A stretch of 64,000 nt of DNA, from positions 384,001 to 448,000 of the forward strand of contig CBDCXM010000009.1 in assembly GCA_965223855.1 (NCBI GenBank). The letters are read 5' to 3'. Below the pieces are notes generated by a model. The model worked only from the letters and a program-made list of their open reading frames with translations. It did no database searches and had not been told where the DNA came from. A program made the translations under genes and the position numbers. Positions 8,911-18,330 of the stretch are shown here, piece by piece (position 1 is the first letter of the stretch; the number at the start of each line of letters is the position of its first letter). This stretch comes from Candidatus Multivoradales bacterium. Lineage in GTDB: Bacteria > Acidobacteriota > Thermoanaerobaculia > Multivoradales > JAHEKO01.

Positions 8911-11121
8911 GTGCCAGCACGAATCAGGACGCTCTTTCTCTTCGCTACGGCGCTCGCGGTCGCCTCGACCACCGTCGCCGGTGACTGGACCCACTGGCGG
9001 GGACCGACCCGCAACGGCGTCTCCCCGGAGACCGGCTTGCTGGAAGCCTGGTCGGCCGAGGGGGAGAACCTGCTGTGGAGGGTCGAGGACTTCATCGGCC
9101 GCTCGACGCCGGTGGTGTTCGGCAACCGGGTGTGCGCCAACGGGCGCGCCGGCGAGGGCGCCGAGCGGCAGGAGATGGTCGCCTGCTTCGATGCCGAGAC
9201 CGGCGAGCGGCTTTGGGAGCGACGGTTCAACGTCTTCCACACCTCGGTGCCGTGGACCCGTGTCGGCTGGGCCAACATCACGGCGGATGCGGAGACCGGC
9301 TATCTCTACGTCCAGGGGGTGGGCGGCCTCTTCCACTGCCTCGACAGTGCCGACGGCAGCATCGTCTGGTCGCGCAACCTGATCGAGGACTTCGGCTTCA
9401 TGGAGGGCTACGGCGGGCGCACCCAGACGCCGGTCGTCGACGAAGACAGGGTCATCGTGACCTTCGCCAACACCAGCTGGGGCGACGAAGGCAGGCCGCT
9501 CCACCGCCTGCGCGCCTTCGACAAGCGGACCGGGGAGCAGCTCTGGGTCGCTTCGCCCGCCAACTCGATGGCCGACAAGAACAGTCAGTCGACGCCGGCG
9601 ATCGCCGTCATCGGCGGGCGGAGGCTGGTGATCCAGGGCAACGGCGGCGGCTGGATCTACGCCGTAGAGGCTCGGACCGGCCGCGAGGTGTGGGGTTTCC
9701 ACCTCAGCCAGCGCGGCATCAACACCTCGGTGCTGGTGGAAGGCACGACGGTCTATGCCATGCACAGCGAGGAGAACGTCGACGAGGGGACGATGGGCCG
9801 AGTGGTGGCGATCGACGCCACCGGTTCGGGCGACGTCACAGCGACCCACGAGCTGTGGCGCTCCGACATCGGCGCCGGCTTCACATCGCCCGCTCTCGCT
9901 GACGGCAAGCTGTTCGTCGTCGACAATTCCGCCAACCTCTACGCCCTCGACCCGGAGACGGGAGAGGAGCTGTGGGAGCTCAACGTCGGTCGTGTCGGCA
10001 AAGGCTCGCCCGTGTGGGCGGACGGCAAGATCTACCTCACCGAGGTCAACGGCCGCTTCGCCATCGTCGATGCGAGCGGCGAGGAAGGGACTCTTCTCGA
10101 CCTCGAGCAGCTGCGCGTCGGGCGCCGCCGGCCGGAGATCTACGGCTCACCGGCGATCGCCAACGGGCGGATCTACTTCACCACCGACGCCGGGCTCTAC
10201 GCACTCGGACAGGGCGACCCGAGCCCGGCGGCGACGGTAGAGCTCGACCTCGAGGAGCCGTCGATCCCCTCCGACACCGCCGCCGCCACGATTCGCGTCG
10301 TCCCGGGCGACCTCCAACTCGCCTTCGGCGAGACGGCCAGCTTCCGGGTGGATGCCTTCGACGAGCTCGGCCGTCGGCTCGGCTCGCGCCAGGCGGAACT
10401 CGCGGTGGAGGGCATCGAAGGCTCGATCGACGGTGACACGCTCACGGCAGGTTCACTGCCGGGCACCGGATCTGTCGTCGCCACCTTCGACGACATGACG
10501 GCGAAGGCCCGGATCCGCGTGGTCCCCTCGATCCCGTTCTCGGAGGACTTCGAGGGTACCGAGACCGGCTCCCGCCCCGGTTACATGCTCGGCTACCTCG
10601 CCCGCTTCGCCGTCGCCGAGCACGACGGCAGCAAGGTGCTCGCCAAGGGGCCGTCGCCGGTCAAGATCCACCGCCACATCACCTTCCTCGGCGCGCCGTG
10701 GCATGACAACTACACCGTCGAGGCGGACCTCAAGGCCGACGCCGAGAACCCCGAGAATCCCGATCTCGGGCTCATCAACGGCGGCTACACCATGGAGCTC
10801 CTCTCGATCGGCGCCCGTCCGGGTGCCCCTCCGGGGCCGAAGCTCCAGGTGCGCTCGTGGCAGGCGGGGCTGCGCATCGCCACCGATATCGAGTTCGACT
10901 GGACACCCGGTACCTGGTACCGGATGAAACTCCGTGTCGATCAGCAGGAAGACTCGGCGCTCATCCGCGGCAAGGTGTGGCCGCGTGGCGAGGACGAGCC
11001 GGCCGACTGGTCGATCGAGGTCACCGACGCACTGCCGATTCTCTCCGGCGCCGCCGGGATCTCCGCCTACTCCCCCTCTTTCGTCTACTTCGACAACTTT
11101 CAGGTGAGTGAGAACGAATGA
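8911..11121 (+). CDS. Secreted PQQ-like beta-propeller protein with Ig-like linker and C-terminal concanavalin/DUF1080-like beta-sandwich
   Basis: AAGGAG RBS and GTG start, signal peptide, DWTHWRGP, many propeller blades. C-terminal PFSEDFE...WYRMKLRV...GKVWPRGEDEP...YFDNFQV. Confidence 0.85.
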   Translation: MPARIRTLFLFATALAVASTTVAGDWTHWRGPTRNGVSPETGLLEAWSAEGENLLWRVEDFIGRSTPVVFGNRVCANGRAGEGAERQEMVACFDAETGERLWERRFNVFHTSVPWTRVGWANITADAETGYLYVQGVGGLFHCLDSADGSIVWSRNLIEDFGFMEGYGGRTQTPVVDEDRVIVTFANTSWGDEGRPLHRLRAFDKRTGEQLWVASPANSMADKNSQSTPAIAVIGGRRLVIQGNGGGWIYAVEARTGREVWGFHLSQRGINTSVLVEGTTVYAMHSEENVDEGTMGRVVAIDATGSGDVTATHELWRSDIGAGFTSPALADGKLFVVDNSANLYALDPETGEELWELNVGRVGKGSPVWADGKIYLTEVNGRFAIVDASGEEGTLLDLEQLRVGRRRPEIYGSPAIANGRIYFTTDAGLYALGQGDPSPAATVELDLEEPSIPSDTAAATIRVVPGDLQLAFGETASFRVDAFDELGRRLGSRQAELAVEGIEGSIDGDTLTAGSLPGTGSVVATFDDMTAKARIRVVPSIPFSEDFEGTETGSRPGYMLGYLARFAVAEHDGSKVLAKGPSPVKIHRHITFLGAPWHDNYTVEADLKADAENPENPDLGLINGGYTMELLSIGARPGAPPGPKLQVRSWQAGLRIATDIEFDWTPGTWYRMKLRVDQQEDSALIRGKVWPRGEDEPADWSIEVTDALPILSGAAGISAYSPSFVYFDNFQVSENE

Positions 11122-12593
11122 ACCGCAACAGCCTCTTCGTCGTCGCCGCTCTCGCGGCTCTGATCGCTCTTCCCGCCATCGCCCAGGACGCGGCGATGTT
11201 CGGCAACGGCCCGCAGCGCAACATGACTTCGGATGCCACCGACCTTCCCACCGAGTGGGACCTGGGGAGCGGCAAGAACGTGCTGTGGAAGCAGCAGCTC
11301 GGTTCGCAGTCCTACGGCGGTCCGGTGCTCTTCGACGACCGCATCTACGTCGGCACCAACAACGAAGCCGAGCGCAACCCGGCGATCACCGGCGACCGCG
11401 GGAACGTGATGGCGTTCAACGCCACCACCGGTGAGTTCCTGTGGCAGGCGGCTCACGCCAAGCTGACCTCGGGCCGGGTGCATGACTGGCCGCTCCAGGG
11501 GGTCTGCGCGGCGCCCTACGTCGAGGGCGACCGCCTCTGGTACGTGTCGAACCGTGCGGAGATCATCGCCGCCGACGTCGACGGCTTCCGCGACGGTGAG
11601 AACGACGGACCGTACACCTCGGAGGAGCACAGCTCCGAGATCGACGAGGATGTGATCTGGAAGGTCGACATGATCGGCGATCTCGACGTCTTCCCGCACA
11701 ACCTGGCCGTCGGCAGCCCGCTGGCTGTCGGCGACAAGCTGTTCATCGTCACCGGCAACGGCGTCGACGAGGGACACATCAACATCCCTTCGCCCGACGC
11801 GCCGAGCTTCCTCGCCGTCGACAAGAACACCGGCGAAGTGCTGTGGACCTCGGACGCACCGGGGCCGAGCATCCTCCACGGCCAGTGGTCGAACCCGGCC
11901 TACGGAGTGATCGGCGGTACGCCTCAGGTGGTCTTCCCCGGCGGTGACGGCTGGCTCTATTCGTTCCACCCCGACTCCGGCGAGCTGCTGTGGAAGTTCG
12001 ACTGCAACCCCAAGGACTCGATCTGGGAGCTCGGCGGCATGGGGACGCGCAACGCGATCATCTCGACGCCGGTGATCCACAACGACCGCGTCTACCTCGG
12101 CGTCGGCCAGGATCCCGAGCACGGCGAAGGGGTCGGCAACTTCTGGGTGATCGACGCGACGAAGCGCGGTGAGCTCGGTGCGGACGCGGTCGTGTGGCAT
12201 CGCGGCGGGGAAGAGTTCGGCCGCACGATCTCGACGGCGGCGATCCACGACGGCATCGTCTACATCGCCGACCTCTCCGGCTTCCTCTACGCCCTCGATG
12301 CCGACACCGGCGAGCACTACTGGACCTACGACGCCTTCGCGGCGGTGTGGGGCTCGGCGTTCGTCGCCGACGGCAAGGTCTACCTCGGTGACGAGGACGG
12401 CGACATCGTGGTGCTCGAGGCCGGCAAGGAGATGAACCTGATCGCCGAGACCAACCTCGGATCGGCGGTCTACACGACGCCGGTGGCGCGCGACGGCACG
12501 CTCTACATCGCCAGCCGCAACATGCTCTTCGCCTTCCAGGAGGGGGCGATGCTCGAGGCCGCCGAGGGCGGCGAAACAGCAGCGGCGCCGTGA
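11118..12593 (+). CDS. Secreted PQQ-like beta-propeller repeat protein
   Basis: ATGA coupling, signal peptide, MFGNGPQRN, NVLWKQQLGSQSYGGPV, LYALDADTGEHYW blades. Confidence 0.88.
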   Translation: MNRNSLFVVAALAALIALPAIAQDAAMFGNGPQRNMTSDATDLPTEWDLGSGKNVLWKQQLGSQSYGGPVLFDDRIYVGTNNEAERNPAITGDRGNVMAFNATTGEFLWQAAHAKLTSGRVHDWPLQGVCAAPYVEGDRLWYVSNRAEIIAADVDGFRDGENDGPYTSEEHSSEIDEDVIWKVDMIGDLDVFPHNLAVGSPLAVGDKLFIVTGNGVDEGHINIPSPDAPSFLAVDKNTGEVLWTSDAPGPSILHGQWSNPAYGVIGGTPQVVFPGGDGWLYSFHPDSGELLWKFDCNPKDSIWELGGMGTRNAIISTPVIHNDRVYLGVGQDPEHGEGVGNFWVIDATKRGELGADAVVWHRGGEEFGRTISTAAIHDGIVYIADLSGFLYALDADTGEHYWTYDAFAAVWGSAFVADGKVYLGDEDGDIVVLEAGKEMNLIAETNLGSAVYTTPVARDGTLYIASRNMLFAFQEGAMLEAAEGGETAAAP

Positions 12594-13666
12594 GCGATCT
12601 CGCCTCCAGGGTCGAGGCTGCTCGGGAGCAGCTCGACGCTCACGTGCGCGACACGGTCGCCTGGCACTTCGACCCGGAGACCGGCTGCCCGTTCTGGCTC
12701 GACTTCGCCTCGAAGCTCGACTTCGATCCGCGCGAACGGATCCACGGCTACAAGGATCTCGCGGTCCTGGGACACTTCGAGGACGAGTGGCTCCGCGGCG
12801 GCCCGATCCGCCGCTGGGTGCCGAAGGGGCTGGCCGACAAGCCGCTCTACGTCTTCGAAACCGGCGGCTCCACCGGGCTGCCGAAGTCGCGCGTCAACAT
12901 CGAGGACTTCCAGACCGACTACGAGCTCTTCAGCGACACCCTTTCCGACGAGACCTTCCCGAAGGGCGCCGACTGGTTGATGCTCGGCCCCACCGGGCCG
13001 CGTCGGCTGCGCCTCGCGATCGAGCACCTCGCTCAGCACCGCGGCGGCGTCGCCTTTCACGTCGACCTCGACCCGCGCTGGGTCAACAAGCTGATCAAGG
13101 CGGGCAAGCACCAGGAGATGCAGCTCTACAAGGAGCACGTCATCGACCAGGGCTTGAAGATCCTGCGCGCCCACGACTCGGTCGAGTGCCTCTTCACGAC
13201 GCCGAAGCTCCTCGAGGCGCTGTGCGAGAAGATCTCGCTCACCAAGGCGGGCATCAAGGGGATCTTCTGCGGCGGCACCGAGATGAACGCCCAGTTCCAC
13301 CGCTTCGCCCGCGAGGAGCTGGTGCCGGGGATCGACTTCCAGCCGACCTACGGCAACACGTTGATGGGCCTCGCCTGCAACAAGCCGTTCGAGCTCACCG
13401 AGAACTACGAGATCACCTACTACGCCCCGGCGCCACGTGCGATCTTCGACATCGTCAACCCCGACGACCCGACCGAGACCGTCGGTTACGGCGAGACGGG
13501 GCGCGTCATGCTGACGACGCTCACGAAGGAGTTCTTCATGCCGCGCTTCCTCGAGCGCGACGAGGGCGAGCGGGCGGAGCCGACCGACCGGTTCCCGTGG
13601 GACGGGGTGACGAACCTGAGGCTCTTCCAGCGGTTGGAGAGTTCGGTGGTGGTGGGGGTGTACTAG
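12590..13666 (+). CDS. EhpF/GriC-like truncated adenylate-forming enzyme (arylcarboxylate reductase component)
   Basis: WHFDPETGCPFW, FETGGSTGLPK (A3-like loop), PTGP, DLDPRWV, GGTE, YGNT, ETGRVMLTTL...ERD match the recalled EhpF pattern. At 358 aa it lacks the ANL C-terminal lid. Confidence 0.8.
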   Translation: MSDLASRVEAAREQLDAHVRDTVAWHFDPETGCPFWLDFASKLDFDPRERIHGYKDLAVLGHFEDEWLRGGPIRRWVPKGLADKPLYVFETGGSTGLPKSRVNIEDFQTDYELFSDTLSDETFPKGADWLMLGPTGPRRLRLAIEHLAQHRGGVAFHVDLDPRWVNKLIKAGKHQEMQLYKEHVIDQGLKILRAHDSVECLFTTPKLLEALCEKISLTKAGIKGIFCGGTEMNAQFHRFAREELVPGIDFQPTYGNTLMGLACNKPFELTENYEITYYAPAPRAIFDIVNPDDPTETVGYGETGRVMLTTLTKEFFMPRFLERDEGERAEPTDRFPWDGVTNLRLFQRLESSVVVGVY

Positions 13667-13693
13667 GAGTTGAAAGTCCCCAGGGCGCCGGAA

Positions 13694-13757
13694 ACTACTA
13701 GAAATCTGTAGTTTTCCGTCAAGCCGGCATAACGTAACTACAGTTTTACTGTAGTAT
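13694..13757 (+). promoter_or_regulatory. Twin palindromic operators ACTAC-N9-GTAGT and -10 box of the abiE promoter
   Basis: IR1 13694-13712 (extends to AAACTAC-N9-GTAGTTT). IR2 13737-13755 (ACTACAGT-TTT-ACTGTAGT). TAGTAT at 13752-13757 overlaps IR2. Confidence 0.75.
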
Positions 13758-13763
13758 GGCGTA

Positions 13764-14351
13764 GTGGCACAACAGCGGATCGACCGGCGGAGGACCCTCG
13801 CCAACCTCGCTGGTCAACAGAAGGGCTACTTCCTGGCATCCCAGGCCGTCGATGCCGGCTACAGCTATCAGGCCCAGAAGTACCACACGGATCGAGGCAA
13901 CTGGATTCGAATTGATCGAGGCCTATACCGGCTTCGAGACTGGCCTGTCGGCCCATACGACGATCTGGTCCGCTGGTCACTGTGGAGCCGAGGCCGCGCT
14001 GTCATCTCGCACGAGACGGCACTCGACGTCCACGATCTCGGTGACGTCAACCCCAGTCGCATCCACCTGACCGTCCCCTCGACCTTCCACGCCAGGTCGG
14101 CTCAGGTGCACCTCCATCGCGCAGACCTCGACCCGTCCGACATCAGCGAACACGACGGATATCGAGTCACCACGCCCCTCAGGACCCTGCTCGATGCGGC
14201 TGTCAGCGATCTCGACCAGGACTACCTCACAGGCGCCGTCGACGATGCCCGTTCCCGCGACCCGACCATCGCTCCCAGGCTTCTCCGGATCGCAGATGCG
14301 TTCGGGCCTCGCGCTGCCCTCCGTATCGAGAGAGCCCTCGCCGAACTGTGA
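13764..14351 (+). CDS. abiEi: Type IV toxin-antitoxin antitoxin, AbiEi-like
   Basis: LAGQQKGYFLASQA...GNWIRIDRGLYRL (wHTH), VISHETALDVHDL, RVTTPLRTLLD. Confidence 0.88.
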   Translation: MAQQRIDRRRTLANLAGQQKGYFLASQAVDAGYSYQAQKYHTDRGNWIRIDRGLYRLRDWPVGPYDDLVRWSLWSRGRAVISHETALDVHDLGDVNPSRIHLTVPSTFHARSAQVHLHRADLDPSDISEHDGYRVTTPLRTLLDAAVSDLDQDYLTGAVDDARSRDPTIAPRLLRIADAFGPRAALRIERALAEL

Positions 14352-15214
14352 CCGCCTACGCCACTGCCGCCGCTCTCCGCCAGGCGATCGAAGAGCGTCT
14401 TCGCCATCGGTCCGAGACCACGGGAGAGAGTCTCGATCGTCTGCGACGCAGGCTCGTCTTTGAACGCCTGCTGGTTCGACTCCAGGAGTCTCAGCCTGGG
14501 AGCTGGATCCTGAAAGGAGGGATGGCGCTCGAACTTCGGCTTGGAGATCGAGCCCGAGCCACCAAGGATCTCGACCTGGCGCTACGAGAGAGCGAACCGA
14601 CGGAAGAACTCGTGCTCACGAAGCTGGCGCAAGCAATCCAGATCGAAGTCGATCAAGACCGATTCGAGTTCGAGATTCGCGGCATCCGGAGCATGGCGCC
14701 CCATGTCTCTCCCGACACTGTCTGGCGAGTCAACCTTCTCGCGAAGCTGGCAGGGCGGGAGTTCGGCTCGATCCGCGCCGACATCGTTACGCGAACCGAC
14801 GAGATCGCGTCAACCGAGACTTTTCTGCCTACGCCCACCCTGGACATCCCCGAGTTGCAGACTCGCGAAGTGGAGATCGTCGATCCGAAACAGCACTTTG
14901 CAGAGAAGCTCCACGCGGTCACTCGTTCCTTCGCCAACCGACCCAACACGCGCTCTCGAGACCTGGTCGATCTGGTTCTGTTGATCGAGAACGGCCTACG
15001 CGCCGATCAACGGCTCGCCAAGACACTCGCGCACGTCTTCGACCACCGCGGCACTCACTCTCTGGAGGGCCCTTTGCCCGAACTCCCGGAGAGCTGGCGC
15101 CCGGAGTTCGACAGAGCCGTTCGAGACTTGCAACTCGGACCCAAGAGCCTCGATGAGGCCGTCGAACTCGTCGAGACCTTCCTGAGTCGGACTTTCTCCA
15201 ACCCCGAAGGGTGA
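14348..15214 (+). CDS. abiEii: Type IV toxin, AbiEii/AbiGii nucleotidyltransferase
   Basis: WILKGGMALELR...RATKDLDL, FAEKLHA, RSRDLVDL; GTGA-coupled to the antitoxin. Confidence 0.9.
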   Translation: MTAYATAAALRQAIEERLRHRSETTGESLDRLRRRLVFERLLVRLQESQPGSWILKGGMALELRLGDRARATKDLDLALRESEPTEELVLTKLAQAIQIEVDQDRFEFEIRGIRSMAPHVSPDTVWRVNLLAKLAGREFGSIRADIVTRTDEIASTETFLPTPTLDIPELQTREVEIVDPKQHFAEKLHAVTRSFANRPNTRSRDLVDLVLLIENGLRADQRLAKTLAHVFDHRGTHSLEGPLPELPESWRPEFDRAVRDLQLGPKSLDEAVELVETFLSRTFSNPEG

Positions 15215-15244
15215 GTCCGGCCGGCAAGGCTCGACTCGCCCGAG

Positions 15245-18097
15245 CTACACCGGATAGACCTTCAGTACCTCGTCCCCGTAGTGGTTGATCACCTTGACGG
15301 CGATCTTCCCTGACTCGGGCTTGTCGAACGGGCGACTCTCGGTCCGGTAGAGGGTCGACCAGGCGTCCTCGTCGATCTCCGCCTTGAGCGCCTTCTTGAG
15401 CTTCTCGTAGGGCTTGTCGGCGCCGGTGAAGTAGGCATGACGGACGAAGAAGCTCTCGCCGTTGTAGTCGGTATCGAGGAACCAACAGGCGATCTCGTCG
15501 GTGGTGCTGGAGCGGATCTCGCCAGTGGTCGGGTCGTAGACGTCGAGACCGTGGATCTCGACCTGCATGCGGCCGCCCTCGACTTCGCGCAGCTCGATGT
15601 CCGGCTCGCCGAACACCATGAAGAGATTGCCGGCGCCGGTCTTCTTGAGGAGTTCCTCGCCCATCGAGAGATCGGGGTTCATCCGCACCAGCAGCACCGG
15701 CAGCTTGCCGTACTGCTTCGAGGCTTCGGCGATGAAACCTCGTTCCGCAGTCGCTCCTTCGGGTGAGATCGCCTTCGCCTTCTCGCTCGCGTGGGCATCG
15801 AAGGCGAAGCCGAGTACCAGCAGCAGGTCGAAGCCGACCCCCGCCACCGCCTCCTTGGCCGCCCCTTCGATCTGATCCTTGCCGACCGTACCGTGCTCGG
15901 GGCCGATCGCGATCGCCACGCGCTTTCTCTTGCCGTCGGCGTCCTCGTACTCGCCCGCCGCCTGCACCCAGGCGCCGGCGAACGGCTCGACGAAGTCGAA
16001 CTCGAGCCGCTCCTCGCGGCGGGTGTTCTGGACCCCGGCCTTCCGCAGATTGTCGAGGATCATCGACTCGAACCCCTCGCCGCCGCGCTCGGCGGCCGCC
16101 GCCCGGCGTTCCTCGCCCTCCCCCGCCGGGCGTTCGGCCGACGGATCGAGCAGGCGGTGGGGGGAGAGGCTCTCGACCGTGAACGGGCCAGTCACCCGCA
16201 CCGCGCCCTTGTCTTCGTAGGGGCGGTCGACCAGCAGCTCCTGGTCGGCACGGCGGGCGATCGAAGCGTCGATCTCCTCTTGGCGGCGGCGGCGGAGCTT
16301 CCACCACGCCTCGTGCGCCTCGGTCGCCTCCTGCGGCCAGCCGGCGTCGGGTTCGCGCGGAATCTCCCACTCCTCCCACGACTGCTTCGCCGCCTCGTTG
16401 AGCGCCGCGCGCAGGGGCTCCAGCTCCTGCTGGTGGCGCTCCCAAATCTCGTCGATCTCCTCGTTGTTGGCGATCGCCTTCAGGGTGATGTGGGGGACGC
16501 GCTCGTAGACGAAGCCCCTCCGCACATCGCCGCCGTACTCGGGCTCGGCGCCGGAGGCGTCGAGCGGGCGACCGGTGATCTCCGCCTCCTTCGCTGTACC
16601 CTCGGGGGTGTCGGCGAGCAGGTAGTACGGGTACTTCGCCGTCATCAGGCGGGTGCGGGCCAGCGCAAGGGCGACGCGTGAGGTGTCGATGGTAATCCAG
16701 CGGCGGCCCCATTGCTCGGCGAGGAGAGCGGTCATCCCCGACCCGCAAGTCGGATCCAGAACGAGGTCGCCAGGGTGGCTCGCCATGAGAAGACACCGCT
16801 CGATCACCTCAGGTTGAGTTTGAACTACGTACACCTTGGCTGCGGACTTACCGGCCGTATCACCCCATAGATTGGTCCGCGGAGTGAACGCAAAGTCGTC
16901 ATGGAAACGCACAAACCACGGTGGGCCTCCGCGACTCTCGAGTCGTCCAGCGCGCTCGAGCCGATCAAGGCCGTCCAGGGTGGTCTTCCAGTGGGCGTTC
17001 CTCCCGGGATTGAACTCTGCACCGCGCCAGGAGAATCCTTGAGCGGTCTTGGCAGCGCCAGCTGAGTTCAACTTGGAGAGAGCGTAGATCCTCGCTCCTT
17101 TGGGAAGCCGGTCGGGGTTCGACTTCTCATTTCCGCGGACTGGCCTTCGCACACCTTCGTGCTCGATCCCCCACGATCCTCCGGCCGTCCCGCTCATCCA
17201 AGCAGCCTGCCGCCTCCTGCGCCAAAGTTGGTGGTACGCGGCTTGGTCGGCTCTCTTCGAGTACCAGACGACGTAGAACACACCATCGTCCAGCAACTTG
17301 CTGGGCGTAGCCGTCTTCTTGACGCTGATCAGAGAAACGCAGTTCTCGCTACCGAACACCTCGTCCAGTAGAGCCCTAACGAGGTGGACGTTCTCGACTC
17401 CAATCTGGACGAAGACAGAGCCCGTCTCAGTGAGCAGCTCTCGCGCCACCACCAACCGATCCCTCAAGTACGCCAGGTACGAGTGAATCCCCAGCTCCCA
17501 CGTATCCCGGAACGCCTTCACCTGCTCCGGCTGCCGCGTCGCGTCCCCCGCCTTGCCGTCCTTGACGTCACGCTTCCGCGTCGAAACCTGCCAGTTCGAC
17601 CCGAACTTGATCCCGTAGGGCGGGTCGAGATAGATCGTCTGCACCTTCCCCTTGAGCCCCTCCTTCTCCGCCAGGCTCGTCATCACCATCAGCGAGTCGC
17701 CGAGGATCATCCGGTTCGACCACTTCTCGTCGTGCCGGTAGAAGTCGATCCGCTTGTCGAAGTCGTCGAGCGCGTCGAATTCGGCGAAGAGCATCTGCTC
17801 CGGCTCGGGCTCCCCTTCCCGCGCCGTGTCGCGCAGGTTCTCCACCAGCGCCTGGGGATGGACCTTCTCCTGGATGTAGACCGGCACCACCGGCACCGCG
17901 AGGTCGGCGCGGTCCTGCTCGTCTTTGCCCTGCCAGACGAGCTGCGGGTCGAGCGACGGGTCGCGCGGGTAGAGCAGGTGCTCGCGCCCCTCTTCGTCCT
18001 CGGCGACGAAGGCGGCGAGCTCCTCGGTGGGGATGTTGGTGCGGGCGTCCTGGTGGTGGATCGCCTCGACGGACTTCTCCTTCTTCTTCTTCGCCAT
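15245..18097 (-). CDS. mod: Type III restriction-modification N6-adenine methyltransferase (Mod, beta class)
   Basis: NRMILGDSL, KVQTIYLDPPYG (motif IV), LVLDPTCGSG (motif I), C-terminal KIAVKVINHYGDEVLKV. Confidence 0.92.
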   Translation of the reverse strand: MAKKKKEKSVEAIHHQDARTNIPTEELAAFVAEDEEGREHLLYPRDPSLDPQLVWQGKDEQDRADLAVPVVPVYIQEKVHPQALVENLRDTAREGEPEPEQMLFAEFDALDDFDKRIDFYRHDEKWSNRMILGDSLMVMTSLAEKEGLKGKVQTIYLDPPYGIKFGSNWQVSTRKRDVKDGKAGDATRQPEQVKAFRDTWELGIHSYLAYLRDRLVVARELLTETGSVFVQIGVENVHLVRALLDEVFGSENCVSLISVKKTATPSKLLDDGVFYVVWYSKRADQAAYHQLWRRRRQAAWMSGTAGGSWGIEHEGVRRPVRGNEKSNPDRLPKGARIYALSKLNSAGAAKTAQGFSWRGAEFNPGRNAHWKTTLDGLDRLERAGRLESRGGPPWFVRFHDDFAFTPRTNLWGDTAGKSAAKVYVVQTQPEVIERCLLMASHPGDLVLDPTCGSGMTALLAEQWGRRWITIDTSRVALALARTRLMTAKYPYYLLADTPEGTAKEAEITGRPLDASGAEPEYGGDVRRGFVYERVPHITLKAIANNEEIDEIWERHQQELEPLRAALNEAAKQSWEEWEIPREPDAGWPQEATEAHEAWWKLRRRRQEEIDASIARRADQELLVDRPYEDKGAVRVTGPFTVESLSPHRLLDPSAERPAGEGEERRAAAAERGGEGFESMILDNLRKAGVQNTRREERLEFDFVEPFAGAWVQAAGEYEDADGKRKRVAIAIGPEHGTVGKDQIEGAAKEAVAGVGFDLLLVLGFAFDAHASEKAKAISPEGATAERGFIAEASKQYGKLPVLLVRMNPDLSMGEELLKKTGAGNLFMVFGEPDIELREVEGGRMQVEIHGLDVYDPTTGEIRSSTTDEIACWFLDTDYNGESFFVRHAYFTGADKPYEKLKKALKAEIDEDAWSTLYRTESRPFDKPESGKIAVKVINHYGDEVLKVYPV

Positions 18098-18232
18098 CTA
18101 CGTTCTCTTTCCGGAGGGTTGCCGGGTCATACCCAGACTGTGCGAACTGCTGTCGGCGCGCGTCCAGCGGCCCGTTTCGGCAACTGGCGGATGGACAGTG
18201 TCTGAAGAAGCTGTAGCTCTCCGGTCCGTCAA

Positions 18233-18303
18233 GGGCGGCGAAGGGGTTTCTCTGCCCGGGGCCAGGTCGGGTATGGCCGGGCAGAGAAAGGGCTTCGCCG
18301 CCC
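18233..18303. repeat. Long imperfect hairpin between res and mod
   Basis: 27-nt arms 18233-18259 and 18277-18303 pair at 24/27. Enclosed by an 11-bp IR, CGCGCGTCCAG (18157-18167) and CTGGACGCGCG (18312-18322). Confidence 0.6.
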
Positions 18304-18330
18304 TGAATCCTCTGGACGCGCGAACGATGG

